Shown: positions 9,720 through 19,711, counted from the first letter of the stretch. The stretch: DNA of 64,000 bases from an uncultured Chloroflexia bacterium (GCA_963728205.1 CAVSIV010000001.1:384001-448000), one strand, 5' to 3'. A program made the numbers and translations. Notes: generated from the letters alone by a model not told the origin.

Positions 9720-11552
9720 CTACCGCACGAACACCACCACCAGCGTCGTGAAGAGCGACGCCCCCGCCGTCAGCCATGCCACGTACTCGCCGACGTGGCC
9801 GCTGTGCAGCGTCCGCAGCCATGCGATCGGCTGTTCGACCGCCTCGCGCGTCCCGCGGTGGAGCCGCGACCAGCCCCGTCGCGGGTACAGCCCCGCCACG
9901 GCGAGCACCACCGCCAGCGCCACGAGTCCCGCCTGCTCGGCGAGCCCCGCGACGTCCCACGGCCCTCGCGCCGCGGCCGGCCGCAGCGTCGCCGCGCGGC
10001 CGTCGAGCACCAGCGCGCGATACGCGGCGCCGTCGGCGAACCAGCCCGCCGCCCGCTCCGCCGCGGCCGACAGTCCCGGCGTCACCCCCACGGCCAGCGT
10101 CGCCGCCACCAGCAGCGCCACGGGCGCCACCATCACCCACGGCGTGCGCCGCCCGCTGTGGCGTGTCTCGCGCTCCGCCGGCTCCTCCTGCTCCTCGGGC
10201 GGCGCGTCCTCCGGCCGCTCGCGCTCGCCCCATCCCGCGAATACGCGCAGCCCCGCGCGCACGGCAGCCGCGCCCGTCACCACCGACGCCGCCGCGACCG
10301 GCACCGCCGCCCACCCGAACCCCGACTCGCGCGCCGCGTCCTCCAGCGCGTGCTCGCCGACGAACGTCGCGAACGGCGGCATCCCCGCCAGCGCCAGCCC
10401 CGCCAGGAGGAACAACGCGCCCAGCCAGCGCTCCGTCGTGCCGCGTCCGCGCAGCTCGCGCTCGTCGACGCTGTCGAAGCGGTGCAACAGCACGCCGACC
10501 CCGAGGAACAGCGCGGCCTTCGTGGTCGCGTGCGCGACGAAGAAGATGCCGGCGCCGGCGAGCCCCGCCGGCGTGAGCAGCCCCACGCCGATCAACAGCA
10601 CGCCGACGTGGCTGAGGGAGGAGAACGCCAGCAGCCGCTTCAGGTGTCGCTGGACATAACACATCACGGCGGTGGCCAGCGCCGTGACCGCGCCGGCGCC
10701 GACCAGCAGCCCCGCGAGCGCGTGCCGGGGCTCGACAATCGCCCCGCCGAAGACGACCCACCACACGCGCGCCACGCCGTACACGCCCAGTTCGATCGTG
10801 ATCCCCGAGAACAGCACCAACACGGGGGTCGGCGCGACGGCGTGCGCATCCGCGTGCGCGAAGTGGAAGGGGACGGCGCCTGCCTTCACGAGCAGCCCGG
10901 TGATCACGAGCGCGCACGCGGTCACCACGAGTCGGTCGACGGGCCCGCCGGCGAGCGTCGCGCCCACCGCGGCCATGTTCAGCTGGCCGGTGCGGCCGTA
11001 CAGCAGCGCGATGCCGAGGAGCATGCACGTCGCGCCGATCGAGTTCGTGACGGCGAAGTTGAGGCTGCCCTGGATCGGCGACGACTGCTCCGCCTTGTAG
11101 CCGGTCAGCGCGTACGCGGCGACGCCGATCAGCTCGACGCAGACGAACAGCGTGAAGAGGTCGCCCGCGAGCAGGAACCCGGCCATTGCGCCGAGGAAGA
11201 TGAGCATGAGGACGTGGTACAGCGCCTCGACGGCCTCGAAGTAGTGCCAGGAGAAGACGAGCGCCAGCGCAGCGAGCAGGCCGGTCAGCGCGACGAGCGC
11301 GGTCGCCGGTGTGTCGACGACCAGCGCGATCCCGGGGACGGCCGACCCGGCGGGGTGCCAGCCGCCCAGCCACACCACCGAGGGGGCGGACGCCACGGCC
11401 ACCGCGGTCGCCGCGCCGAGCACCCCGACCGCGACGGCGGTCGCGATCGCCGCGCCGTCGAGCAGCCAGCGCGGCGCCACGCGCGCGACGCCCATGAGCA
11501 CCGCGGCGACGAGCAGCGGCAGCGCGACCAGCAGCGGCGCGAGCGACGCCAC
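9720..11552 (-). CDS. mnhD: MrpD/MnhD-like antiporter subunit (complex I subunit 5 family)
   Basis: GDLFTLFVCVE, VKAGAVPFH, DAHAVAPTP, LKRLLAFSS, HATTKAALF, GMPPF; polytopic membrane protein. Confidence 0.88.
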   Translation of the reverse strand: MASLAPLLVALPLLVAAVLMGVARVAPRWLLDGAAIATAVAVGVLGAATAVAVASAPSVVWLGGWHPAGSAVPGIALVVDTPATALVALTGLLAALALVFSWHYFEAVEALYHVLMLIFLGAMAGFLLAGDLFTLFVCVELIGVAAYALTGYKAEQSSPIQGSLNFAVTNSIGATCMLLGIALLYGRTGQLNMAAVGATLAGGPVDRLVVTACALVITGLLVKAGAVPFHFAHADAHAVAPTPVLVLFSGITIELGVYGVARVWWVVFGGAIVEPRHALAGLLVGAGAVTALATAVMCYVQRHLKRLLAFSSLSHVGVLLIGVGLLTPAGLAGAGIFFVAHATTKAALFLGVGVLLHRFDSVDERELRGRGTTERWLGALFLLAGLALAGMPPFATFVGEHALEDAARESGFGWAAVPVAAASVVTGAAAVRAGLRVFAGWGERERPEDAPPEEQEEPAERETRHSGRRTPWVMVAPVALLVAATLAVGVTPGLSAAAERAAGWFADGAAYRALVLDGRAATLRPAAARGPWDVAGLAEQAGLVALAVVLAVAGLYPRRGWSRLHRGTREAVEQPIAWLRTLHSGHVGEYVAWLTAGASLFTTLVVVFVR

Positions 11553-11554
11553 CG

Positions 11555-11899
11555 TCAGCCCTGGATCGACTTCAGCTCGTCGGGGTCGAGCGTATTGAAG
11601 TGCCGCTGCGCCTGGATCGCGAGCGCGAGCAGCAGCGCGGTCACCACGGCGCCGACGACGATGTCCGTCAGCGTCAGCGCCTGCACGACCGGGTCGACCA
11701 CCGGCGTGCCCGGCGGCACGCCCGAGAACACCGGCGCGGTCGCGCCGCGCCGGTACCCGATCGCGATCAGCAGCACGACGGTGGACGCCTGCACCACGCC
11801 GAGGCAGTTCGCGAGGTGCACGAGGTTGCGGCTCGTCACGATGCCGTAGAGGCCGACGAAGAACAGCCACGCGGCGACGGCGTACGGCAGGAACGTCAC
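11555..11899 (-). CDS. mnhC: MrpC/MnhC subunit
   Basis: GLYGIVTSRNL, DPVVQALTLTDIVVG; three TM helices; GTGA overlap with upstream gene. Confidence 0.88.
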   Translation of the reverse strand: MTFLPYAVAAWLFFVGLYGIVTSRNLVHLANCLGVVQASTVVLLIAIGYRRGATAPVFSGVPPGTPVVDPVVQALTLTDIVVGAVVTALLLALAIQAQRHFNTLDPDELKSIQG

Positions 11900-12681
11900 C
11901 GGAACCACCGCGCCTCGCGCAGCGCGACGGTTCGCTCGAGGAAGTCGAGCACGACGAGCGTGATCCCGGCGGTCACCGCGATCCCCGACGCCGCGTTCAG
12001 CACGCCGATGGTCCCGCCGGCCAGCAGCGAGCCCTCGTGCCCGAGCGGCAGCCGGTTCGCGAGGAAGGCGCCGCCTCCGGCGAGCATCGCCGCACCCAGC
12101 GCCGGCGGCAGGCCGACGCCGATCGCCTCGAGGGACTCCATGAGCCCCGGCCGGATCGCGTGGCGGTAGGCGAGGAAGTCGTTCTCGAGATACACGAGGA
12201 GGAAGGCGCCGGCGACGATCACGCCGCCCTGGAAGCCGCCGCCCGGCGACAGGTAGCCGTGGAGGATCATGGCGATGCCGAAGAGGAGGACGGCGCCCGT
12301 GCAGGTGGCGCCGGCGAGCCGGACGGCGGCGCTCGTGCGCGGCGCCCCGCGGCCGGGCAGCTCGTCCTCGCTCTCGCCGCCCTTGCCGTCGTCGCCGCTC
12401 GCCTCTTCCGTCTCGGGCGCGCGCAGCAGCAGCGACACGCCCGCAGCCGCCGCGAAGAGGATGAACTCCTCGCAGAGGGTGTCGAAGCCGCGGTAGTCGA
12501 AGACGACGGCGGCGACGACGTTCGGTACGTGGCGGCGGCCGACGGTGTTCGCGGCGACCCAGTCGCCGTACGCGCTGCGTCCGGCGCCGGCGCGTGGCAG
12601 CCCGCCGAGCCCCGCGAGCAGGAGCGCCGCGAGCGGCACCGCCGCGACCACGAACAGCCATCGTCGCGCCGAGCGGCTCAC
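11896..12681 (-). CDS. mnhB: MrpB/MnhB subunit
   Basis: NVVAAVVFDYRGFDTLCEE and HGYLSPGGGFQGG motifs; GTGA coupling. Confidence 0.88.
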   Translation of the reverse strand: MSRSARRWLFVVAAVPLAALLLAGLGGLPRAGAGRSAYGDWVAANTVGRRHVPNVVAAVVFDYRGFDTLCEEFILFAAAAGVSLLLRAPETEEASGDDGKGGESEDELPGRGAPRTSAAVRLAGATCTGAVLLFGIAMILHGYLSPGGGFQGGVIVAGAFLLVYLENDFLAYRHAIRPGLMESLEAIGVGLPPALGAAMLAGGGAFLANRLPLGHEGSLLAGGTIGVLNAASGIAVTAGITLVVLDFLERTVALREARWFR

Positions 12682-13025
12682 GCCCGCCCGCTCCCGCGGC
12701 GCCGCCCACCGCGCGCCGCTACCTCGTCGTCGTCGGGCTCGTCCTCCGCGCCGCCCTCCTCGCGCGGCGCCTCTGCCGCGTGGCGCTGCGCGTACGCGGC
12801 CGTCCGCGCCAGCGCGAGCAGCGTCATGGCCGGCACCGCGATCGTCCCCACGACCAGCTCCGACAGCGCCACGTCGGGCGCCTGCAGCTCGACGAACGCG
12901 ATCACGAGCAGCAGCCCGGCGAAGCTCATCGCCACCGCCTGCCGCGCCGGCTCGCGCGTGGCGACCACCGCGGTGCCGCCGGCCGCGACGAAGCAGAGCG
13001 TCAGCGCGACCAGCGCGTCGTTCAC
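12678..13025 (-). CDS. DUF4040/MbhD-like small Mrp subunit
   Basis: QAPDVALSELVVG motif; three TM helices; coupled within the operon. Confidence 0.8.
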   Translation of the reverse strand: MNDALVALTLCFVAAGGTAVVATREPARQAVAMSFAGLLLVIAFVELQAPDVALSELVVGTIAVPAMTLLALARTAAYAQRHAAEAPREEGGAEDEPDDDEVAARGGRRRGSGRA

Positions 13026-13360
13026 GACCCGCGCGCCCGCGCATTGCCCGCGCGCGGCTGCTCCTCGTCGGCGGCGCGCCAGGGGCCGCGCTCGCGCACC
13101 GTCGCCGCCCGCGCGAGCGCGTGCGTGGCGACGGGGCCGGCGAGCATGACGACGCCCGCGGTGAGCAGCGCGGTCGCCGCCGCGGCGCTCACCCCGACCG
13201 TGATCGCGACGCCGGCGGCGACGAGCGGCGTGGCGAAGAAGCAGGTCGCACTCGCCCAGTGCAGCCGGTCGTAGGCGTCGCGCGCGCGCAGCAGCCCGAT
13301 GCCGGCCAGCACCGCGACGACGGCGCCGGCCGCGCCGAGCGCGACCCCGACGGCGCTCAC
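13022..13360 (-). CDS. mnhG: MrpG/MnhG subunit
   Basis: DAYDRLH...PVATHALARA motifs. Confidence 0.82.
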   Translation of the reverse strand: MSAVGVALGAAGAVVAVLAGIGLLRARDAYDRLHWASATCFFATPLVAAGVAITVGVSAAAATALLTAGVVMLAGPVATHALARAATVRERGPWRAADEEQPRAGNARARGS

Positions 13361-13611
13361 AGCCACCGCTCCAGGAAGCGCGCGAAGAGGAGCGTGCCGA
13401 TGGGCGACACGAGCGCGATCGCGAGCGCGACGTTGACGTACAGCGCGCGGCCGGAGCCGGCGGCGAGCGCAAGCACGACGAGCGTGGTGCCGGTGCTGCC
13501 GGCCTGCAGCGCGGCCAGGCGGTCCATCGCTTCCGCGCGCGCCGCAACCCACCACGCCGGGACCATCGAGAGGAGCAGCAGCGCCGCGACGGCCAGCCAC
13601 GCGTCGCTCAT
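13357..13611 (-). CDS. mnhF: MrpF/MnhF subunit
   Basis: DRLAAL...YVNVAL...FARFLER; three TM helices, 84 aa. Confidence 0.82.
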   Translation of the reverse strand: MSDAWLAVAALLLLSMVPAWWVAARAEAMDRLAALQAGSTGTTLVVLALAAGSGRALYVNVALAIALVSPIGTLLFARFLERWL

Positions 13612-14138
13612 GCGCGCCCCTCGCCGCTCCGCGCCCCGGCGTGGCCGCGGGAGCGCTCGCCGCGACGGCGACGCGGCAGGTCGTGCAGGAGCATGAGGCC
13701 GGCGTCGGTGTCCTCCTCCGCGTCGTGCGCATCGGCCACGTACGACGTCGGGAGCAGCGAGGCGACGACGATCGCGACGCCGCGGCACGCCGCATCGCCG
13801 CCCGGCGCCTCGGCGCGGCGGAAGCCGCCGCGCGCGGTGGCGCGGGAGCGTGCCAGCCGCCCCCAGGCGCGCGCCTCCCCGGCGATCCCCGGCATCGCGC
13901 TGCGCGCGCAGCCCGCCAGCGCGCGCACGTGCAGCGCGATGCCGGCCTCCTCGGCCGCGCGGCGCTGCACACCGAACGCGAGCGCTGCGGCCGCCCCGGC
14001 GACCACGATCTCGAACGGCGTGGTGATCCCCACGACGACCGCCCACGCCACGACGCCGCCGAGCACCCACGCCGCCACCGGCAGGGCGTCGCGCGCGACG
14101 CCTCGGACGGCGCGGCCACGGGGCGTGCGGCGCGGCAT
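13608..14138 (-). CDS. Divergent MrpE/MnhE-like subunit
   Basis: First gene of the operon, GGGAGG RBS; two N-terminal TMs (FEIVVAG), SLLPTSYV and LLHDL resemble MnhE motifs. Confidence 0.6.
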   Translation of the reverse strand: MPRRTPRGRAVRGVARDALPVAAWVLGGVVAWAVVVGITTPFEIVVAGAAAALAFGVQRRAAEEAGIALHVRALAGCARSAMPGIAGEARAWGRLARSRATARGGFRRAEAPGGDAACRGVAIVVASLLPTSYVADAHDAEEDTDAGLMLLHDLPRRRRGERSRGHAGARSGEGRA

Positions 14139-14237
14139 CGACGCCTCCCGAGCGGCGAGCGGTCCGCCGGCGCATGCGCGCCGGCGCGGCACCGCTGGAC
14201 CACGCCTCCTGAGATAGCAGCGGCCGCATCGGGCGCG

Positions 14238-14256
14238 CATATCACGACGTGATATG
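14238..14256. promoter_or_regulatory. Perfect palindrome, candidate operator
   Basis: CATATCACG-A-CGTGATATG in the divergent intergenic region between the mrp operon and the PAS kinase. Confidence 0.45.
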
Positions 14257-14366
14257 GCGTGACACTTCCGTGACGGGCGGGCCTACACTCCGCGGCGGCC
14301 GGTCGGCGCATGTCCGTTGCGTGACGGACCGGGCGTGCGAGACTGGGCCGGCACCGCTCCCCTCCG

Positions 14367-16301
14367 ATGCGCCGGCGTCGGAGGTCCCCCAGCGACGGGA
14401 GCCGGACCGTGTCGTCGTCGTCCGACCACCGCACTCGCGAAGGCACGACCAGCGTCGGGCTCGCGTCGTCGTACGCCGGCCTCGTTGCCGCGTATGCGCA
14501 GCCAGCGTGGTGGATCGACGAGACGGGCGTGCTCGCGCTCGTGAACGCGCCGTGGGTCGTCGAGACGGGCCTGACGCTCGAGGCGAGCCGTGACGGGGGC
14601 TGGCTTGCGGCGCTGCACCCCGACGACGTCGAGCGCGCGCGCTCGGCGGGCCCCGCGGAGGTGCCGACGGAGGTGGAGGTGCGGCTGCGGCGCGCCGTCG
14701 GCGGTGAACGCCGCGTGCTCCTCCGCCACGTTCCCGTCAACGATCGCGACGGCACCGTGCGCGGCTGGTTCGTCGCGCTGAGCGACGTCGATGAGCCGCC
14801 CGACGCTCCGGCGCGCGACGACGCTGCGCGCCGGGTGATCGAGTCCCTGATGACGACGGCGCCGCCGGGCATGGCGTTCCTCGACCGCGACGGGCGCTAC
14901 ATCCGGACGAGCATCAACGTGCACGACGTGCACGGCGAGGGCGCGCGCGTCGGCCGCACCGTCGCCGAGCTCTTTCCGGACGTCTGGCGCCAGTGCGAGC
15001 CGCACTTCAGCGCTGTGGTCGAAGGCGGCCCGCCCGTGCGATTCGCCATCACCGGGCCGACGGCAAGCGGCGCGCGCAGCACCTGGGAGGTGGCCTACTT
15101 CCCGGTGCACGACGACGACCGCGTGGTGGGCGTCGTCGCGACGGCGACGGATGTGACGGCGCACGCCGACGAGCAGGCGGAGGCGGAGGCGCTCCGCGAG
15201 CAGATCGCGCAGCAGCGCGACCTGCTGGAGGCGATCTTCGCGAACGCGCCGGTCGGCGCGGCGGTCCTGGATCACGAGGCGCGCTACGTCCGCGCGAACG
15301 ACGCCCTCGCGCGCATGAACGGGACGCCGGCCGGGTCGCACGTCGGACGCACCGTGCGAGAGGTTGCGGGCGACGCGGTGTGGGAGGCCGCCCGCGCCGA
15401 GTTCGAGCACGTCCTCTCGACCGGCGAGCCTCGACAGTTCGAATTCTCCGCGCCCACGCCGGGCACCGGTGGCGAAGCCCAGCACTGGTTCGTGTCGTAC
15501 TACCCGATCCGCTCGCGAGGGGTGGTCGATGGCGTCGGCGCCGTGATCGTCGATCTCACCGATCACCGGCGGGCCGAGGCGCGGCTGGTGGCCCTCAACG
15601 AGCGGCTCTCCGAGTTCGTTTCCGTCGCCGCGCACGAGATCCGGACGCCGCTGACGTCGGTGGCCGGCTACGCGGGCCGGCTGCGCCGCCTGCTCGATCG
15701 GCGCGCGGCGGACTCGCGCGCGGACGCGTCCGCGGATGTGGCGCTGCACGAGGCCGTTGACGTGCTGGCGGATGAAGCGGATCGCCTGCGGCGCACGGTC
15801 GACCTCTTCCTGGACCTCGCGCGCATCGATACCGTCCGTCCCCCGCCCGAGGTGTCGGAGGTCGACCTCGTCGCCCTGGTCGACGCGCGGCTGCGGGAGT
15901 ACCGGCGGCGCTACCCCGCCGCGACGATTCGCTTGCGGCGACCCGCGGAGCCGGTGGTGGCGCTCGCGAACGAGGACGGCGTCTCGCAGATCCTCGGCAA
16001 CCTGATCGACAACGCGGTGAAGTACGGGGATGACGATCCGCACGTGACCGTGTCGGTGGAGGGCGACGCCGCGCGGTGCGTCGTGCGCGTGGCGGACGGC
16101 GGGCCGGGTCTCGCCCCGGAGGTCCGTGCGCACCTGTTCGAGCGCTACTTCCGCGGCCCGGGCGACCAGCAGCGCCGACGCGGGCACGGGATCGGGCTCT
16201 ACATCTCCCGCGAGATGGCGCGGGAGATGGGCGGCGACCTGGAGGCGGCGACTCCCGCCGCGGGCGCGGAGTTCGTGCTCTCGCTGCCCGCGTCGGGGTG
16301 A
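14367..16301 (+). CDS. Cytoplasmic multi-PAS sensor histidine kinase
   Basis: Three PAS-like segments, H-box AHEIRTPLT, N-box NLIDNAVKY, DGGPG, GHGIGL; no TM. Start uncertain (GTG 14409 also possible). Confidence 0.88.
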   Translation: MRRRRRSPSDGSRTVSSSSDHRTREGTTSVGLASSYAGLVAAYAQPAWWIDETGVLALVNAPWVVETGLTLEASRDGGWLAALHPDDVERARSAGPAEVPTEVEVRLRRAVGGERRVLLRHVPVNDRDGTVRGWFVALSDVDEPPDAPARDDAARRVIESLMTTAPPGMAFLDRDGRYIRTSINVHDVHGEGARVGRTVAELFPDVWRQCEPHFSAVVEGGPPVRFAITGPTASGARSTWEVAYFPVHDDDRVVGVVATATDVTAHADEQAEAEALREQIAQQRDLLEAIFANAPVGAAVLDHEARYVRANDALARMNGTPAGSHVGRTVREVAGDAVWEAARAEFEHVLSTGEPRQFEFSAPTPGTGGEAQHWFVSYYPIRSRGVVDGVGAVIVDLTDHRRAEARLVALNERLSEFVSVAAHEIRTPLTSVAGYAGRLRRLLDRRAADSRADASADVALHEAVDVLADEADRLRRTVDLFLDLARIDTVRPPPEVSEVDLVALVDARLREYRRRYPAATIRLRRPAEPVVALANEDGVSQILGNLIDNAVKYGDDDPHVTVSVEGDAARCVVRVADGGPGLAPEVRAHLFERYFRGPGDQQRRRGHGIGLYISREMAREMGGDLEAATPAAGAEFVLSLPASG

Positions 16302-16479
16302 GCACACGCGGGAGGGTCAGCCACTCGCACGAGTCCCGGCGGCGGCGGAGATGCCGCCGAAAACAACGCGGCGAGCGCCGGGCGCGGCGCGCCTGAAGCG
16401 CGCCGTGCGCCGGCGCCGTACGCGGCCGCGGAGGCCGGTCAGACCGTCACGGCCTGGCCGCCTCCGCCGCCGCTGAGGC

Positions 16480-17299
16480 TCAGGAGCCGGTCGAGCAGCT
16501 CGCGAGCGTGTTGGAGTCGCTCCCCTGGATCTCGACCTTCACGCCCGAGGGCAGGCCCGAGCTCGAGAATCTGCTGGCAGAGGGACTGTGCTTCGGACTG
16601 GTTGCTCGACGACCACGTCGTGTGCACGACGATCGCGCCGGTGCTCATGTTGACCTCGACGCTGGAAACCTGCGCGAGCTCACACTTCGCGAGGGTCTGG
16701 CCGGACGCGTCCTGGATCTCGACGTTGCGCGTGAGGAAGAGCGCGCGGCCCGACACCGCCTGGCAGAGCTGGTTGGCGAGCGACTGGCTCGTCATCGACG
16801 TCTTCAGGGTGAGCTTGCTGTGTTCCAGATCGAGCGTGAATCCCTGGACGGCGTCGACCGCCGAGGCGGGGAGCAGCTTCTGCAGCGGCCCGTTGTTCAG
16901 CAGTTCGGCCGCGGCGGAGCTCGTCGTGCCGGGGGTGCCGCTCGCGCTCGCGAACGGGGTGCTGCTGGCGCCGGCGAAGGGCGTGCTGCTCGCGCCGGCG
17001 AACGGGGTGCTGCTCGCGCCGGCGAACGGCGTGCTGCTCGCGCCGGCGAACGGCGTGCCCGTACCGAGCGCGGAGGCCGTGCCCGAGGGCATGGGCGCCA
17101 CGGTGCCAGTGCCGAGCGGGCTCGCCGTGCCGCCGGCGGCCACGGTGCCGGTGGCCAGCGCACCGCCCGTGCCGCCGGTGACGGTTGCGCTGCTCAGTGG
17201 AACGGCCTGGTTGCCGCCGCCGCCACCGTTGCTGCAGGCGACGAGCGCGGCGGCCAGGAGCGACGCCGCGACGGTCGCGAGTGCTTTCCGGGTATCCAT
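16480..17299 (-). CDS. Lipoprotein with TPFAGASS repeats and a duplicated two-Cys domain; +1 frameshift near 16557
   Basis: LVAC lipobox, GAGGAGG RBS; removing one base gives LGLPSGVKVEIQGSDSNTLASCSTGS*, matching the first repeat (NVEIQDASGQTLAKC). Uncorrected ORF ends at 16439. Confidence 0.72.
16950..17058. repeat. 24-bp coding tandem repeat (~4.5 copies)
   Basis: GAACGGSGTGCTGCTSGCGCCGGC units encoding TPFAGASS on the minus strand. Confidence 0.85.
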
Positions 17300-17440
17300 G
17301 GAGCCTCCTCAGTAGCGGATGGTGGGACATGACCCGCCTGATCGAACGTATCGAGGGGGCCCTTGCGTCCGTCTCACAGGTCATGGGGAGGCGTGTCAGG
17401 TCGGTCACAACGCGCGGAGCCTCGAACGAGACCGCGACGG

Positions 17441-18652
17441 CTAGGTCGCGCGGAAGGCCCGCCGGGTGAGCAGCACGGCGAGGACGAACATCGCGGCGCC
17501 GGCGCCGCCGAGCACGGCGAAGTCCCAGGGCTCGCGCACGACGCCGCGCAGCATCACCTCCTGCGAAAGCCGGATCGCGTACGTCGCCGGCAGCACGTAG
17601 GCGATGGCGCGCACCGGCCAGCTGATGCGGTCGAGCGAGAACGCGAAGCCCGACAGGAAGATCGACGCGAGCAGGATCAGCATCGCGGTCTGCGCCGCGT
17701 GATGTTGCGAGGTGGAGAGCGTCGAGATCACGAAGCCGACGCCGAGCGAGAGAAAGACCAGCAGCACCATCGTGGCGGCCAGCAGCAGCCACGACCCGAA
17801 TACCGGCACGCCGAGCAGCCCGACCATCCCCGCGAGCAGCGCGGCGCCGGCCAGCAGCGCCAGCGTGCCGTACGAGAGGTAGTGACCGATCACGACCTCG
17901 ATCGCCCGCGCCGGCGAGACGCGAATCACGTCGGCGATGCCGAAGGCGCGAAGCCGCACGATCGACAGCGCGGCGAGCGTGATGGCGATGTGCTGCAGCA
18001 GCAGCGACAGCACGGCGGGCGCGTAGAACGTCGTGAAGGACGGCGAGTAGGAGAGCCCGGGCTTGACGTCGAGGGCATACGGCGCGCTCAGCAGCTGTGC
18101 GTCGACCGCGCCCCCGCCCCCGCCCCCATTCGAGCCGCCCGTGCCGAGAATGCCGGATGCGAGTTGCGCGGCCGTTCCCCCGTTGGCGGTCGCGTCGTGG
18201 ATCGCCTGGGCGACGGCCTGCTGGTTGAGCTCCGACACCTGTTCCTTCAGATAGAGCTGCGAGTAGCTCAGCCGCACCGGATCGATATCCCCCACGAAGA
18301 CCCGGATCGGGATGTGCTCGTTGTGCTGGAGGAACGACTGCGGGTCATCAGGCAGCAGCAGCACGGCGTCGACGTCGCCGCGCGACAGCGCTGCGCGCGC
18401 GGCCTCCAGGTTGTCGGTCGTCCCCGCGATCTTCACGTAGTCGTTCAGCGCCTGCGTGATGTGCGGATCGGCCGTGCCCTGCTCCACGAGCATGACGGAC
18501 GGCATGGGCCCGCCGATGTTCACACCCTCGCCGAACGCGAAGAGCACGAGGAACGGCCCGGCGATCACCGTGAGGATGAGCGCGGGCTGCTGGATCACCT
18601 CGGCGACCCAGCCGTGGAAGAACGCGACGGTGCGTGTGATCGGCCGGAACAT
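17441..18652 (-). CDS. ABC-2 type transporter permease
   Basis: N-terminal TM, extracytoplasmic domain, five C-terminal TMs, FLSGF...LPATY. Confidence 0.88.
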   Translation of the reverse strand: MFRPITRTVAFFHGWVAEVIQQPALILTVIAGPFLVLFAFGEGVNIGGPMPSVMLVEQGTADPHITQALNDYVKIAGTTDNLEAARAALSRGDVDAVLLLPDDPQSFLQHNEHIPIRVFVGDIDPVRLSYSQLYLKEQVSELNQQAVAQAIHDATANGGTAAQLASGILGTGGSNGGGGGGAVDAQLLSAPYALDVKPGLSYSPSFTTFYAPAVLSLLLQHIAITLAALSIVRLRAFGIADVIRVSPARAIEVVIGHYLSYGTLALLAGAALLAGMVGLLGVPVFGSWLLLAATMVLLVFLSLGVGFVISTLSTSQHHAAQTAMLILLASIFLSGFAFSLDRISWPVRAIAYVLPATYAIRLSQEVMLRGVVREPWDFAVLGGAGAAMFVLAVLLTRRAFRAT

Positions 18653-19629
18653 CAGCGCTCCAGCAGCCGCAGAAAGATCTCGTCGAAGCTCGCGGGCTGC
18701 GTGTCGACGGTGCGCACGTGTGCACCGTCTCGGAAGAGCAGCTCCGTGATCGCCGGCGTGGCGCGGGCGCCGTCGTCGGCGGTGATGCGCAGGGTGTCGG
18801 GCCCGACACGGCGCGCGCTGCGCACGCCGGGGAGCGCGCGGATCGCGTCGACGTGATGCTCATCGAGCCCGTCGACGGCGATCGTCACGACCTCGCCAAC
18901 GGCCGAGCGGCGGCGCAGCTCGTCGGGCGTGCCGACCGCGATCAGGCGCCCGCGGTCGAGCATGCCGATACGGTCGCAGTGCGCCGCCTCCTCGAGCAGC
19001 TGCGTGGTCACGAAGGTGGTGACGCCGCGGGCCGGCAGGGCCGTGAGGATGTCCCAGGTGGTCTTGCGCAGTGCCGGGTCGAGCCCGGCGGTGGGCTCGT
19101 CGACGACGAGCAGCTCGGGCTCGTGCAGCAGGGCGGCGCCAAGGAGGAGGCGGCGGCGCATCCCGCTCGAGAGGCGGTCGGTGCGGCGGCCGCGCGCATC
19201 CCAGAGACCGAGCGCGCGCAGGACGTCGCGAGCGCGGCGACGCCGGTGGCGCCAGCCCATGCCGTAGAGCGAGCCGACGAACATGAGGTTCGCCCACGCC
19301 GTGAGCGTGGGATAGACGAACGACTCCTGGGGCGCGTAGCCGATGCGTTCCGCGTGCCGGGCACCCGCGCCGACGGGCGCGACGCCGAGCGTGAGCGCGT
19401 GTCCGCCGCTCGGCCCGGAGAGCCCCACGACGAGGCGGACGAGCGTGGTCTTGCCGCTCCCGCTGGGTCCGATCAGGCCGAAAATCTCGCCGCGACGGAC
19501 GGTCAGCGAGACGTCCGCGAGGGCGTCGTACGCGCCGTATCGCTTGGAGACGCCGGCGAACGCGACGACGGGCACGCCGGGCGTGGCAGCGGCCGCGGCG
19601 CCGGTGGAGGGGGTCACAGACGCTGCCAT
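18652..19629 (-). CDS. ABC transporter ATP-binding protein (DrrA-like)
   Basis: GPSGSGKT, LSSGM, VVDEPTAGLDP, C-terminal SFDEIFL; the H-loop His appears as Gln (TTQ). Confidence 0.92.
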   Translation of the reverse strand: MAASVTPSTGAAAAATPGVPVVAFAGVSKRYGAYDALADVSLTVRRGEIFGLIGPSGSGKTTLVRLVVGLSGPSGGHALTLGVAPVGAGARHAERIGYAPQESFVYPTLTAWANLMFVGSLYGMGWRHRRRRARDVLRALGLWDARGRRTDRLSSGMRRRLLLGAALLHEPELLVVDEPTAGLDPALRKTTWDILTALPARGVTTFVTTQLLEEAAHCDRIGMLDRGRLIAVGTPDELRRRSAVGEVVTIAVDGLDEHHVDAIRALPGVRSARRVGPDTLRITADDGARATPAITELLFRDGAHVRTVDTQPASFDEIFLRLLER

Positions 19630-19711
19630 GACCTCACGGTAGGCGGCGCGGCGTGAACGTCCGGTTGCAGCGAAGCGGCGGGCCTCTCAGAACGCTCGCG
19701 ACCTCGGCTCG

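Noticed and set aside
9720-14138. Membrane-bound hydrogenase (Mbh/Ech/Hyf)
   Set aside because: No NiFe large/small, NuoH-like or FeS subunits in the operon.
16950-17058. Possible CRISPR or iteron array
   Set aside because: In-frame 24-bp coding repeat (TPFAGASS) inside a lipoprotein.
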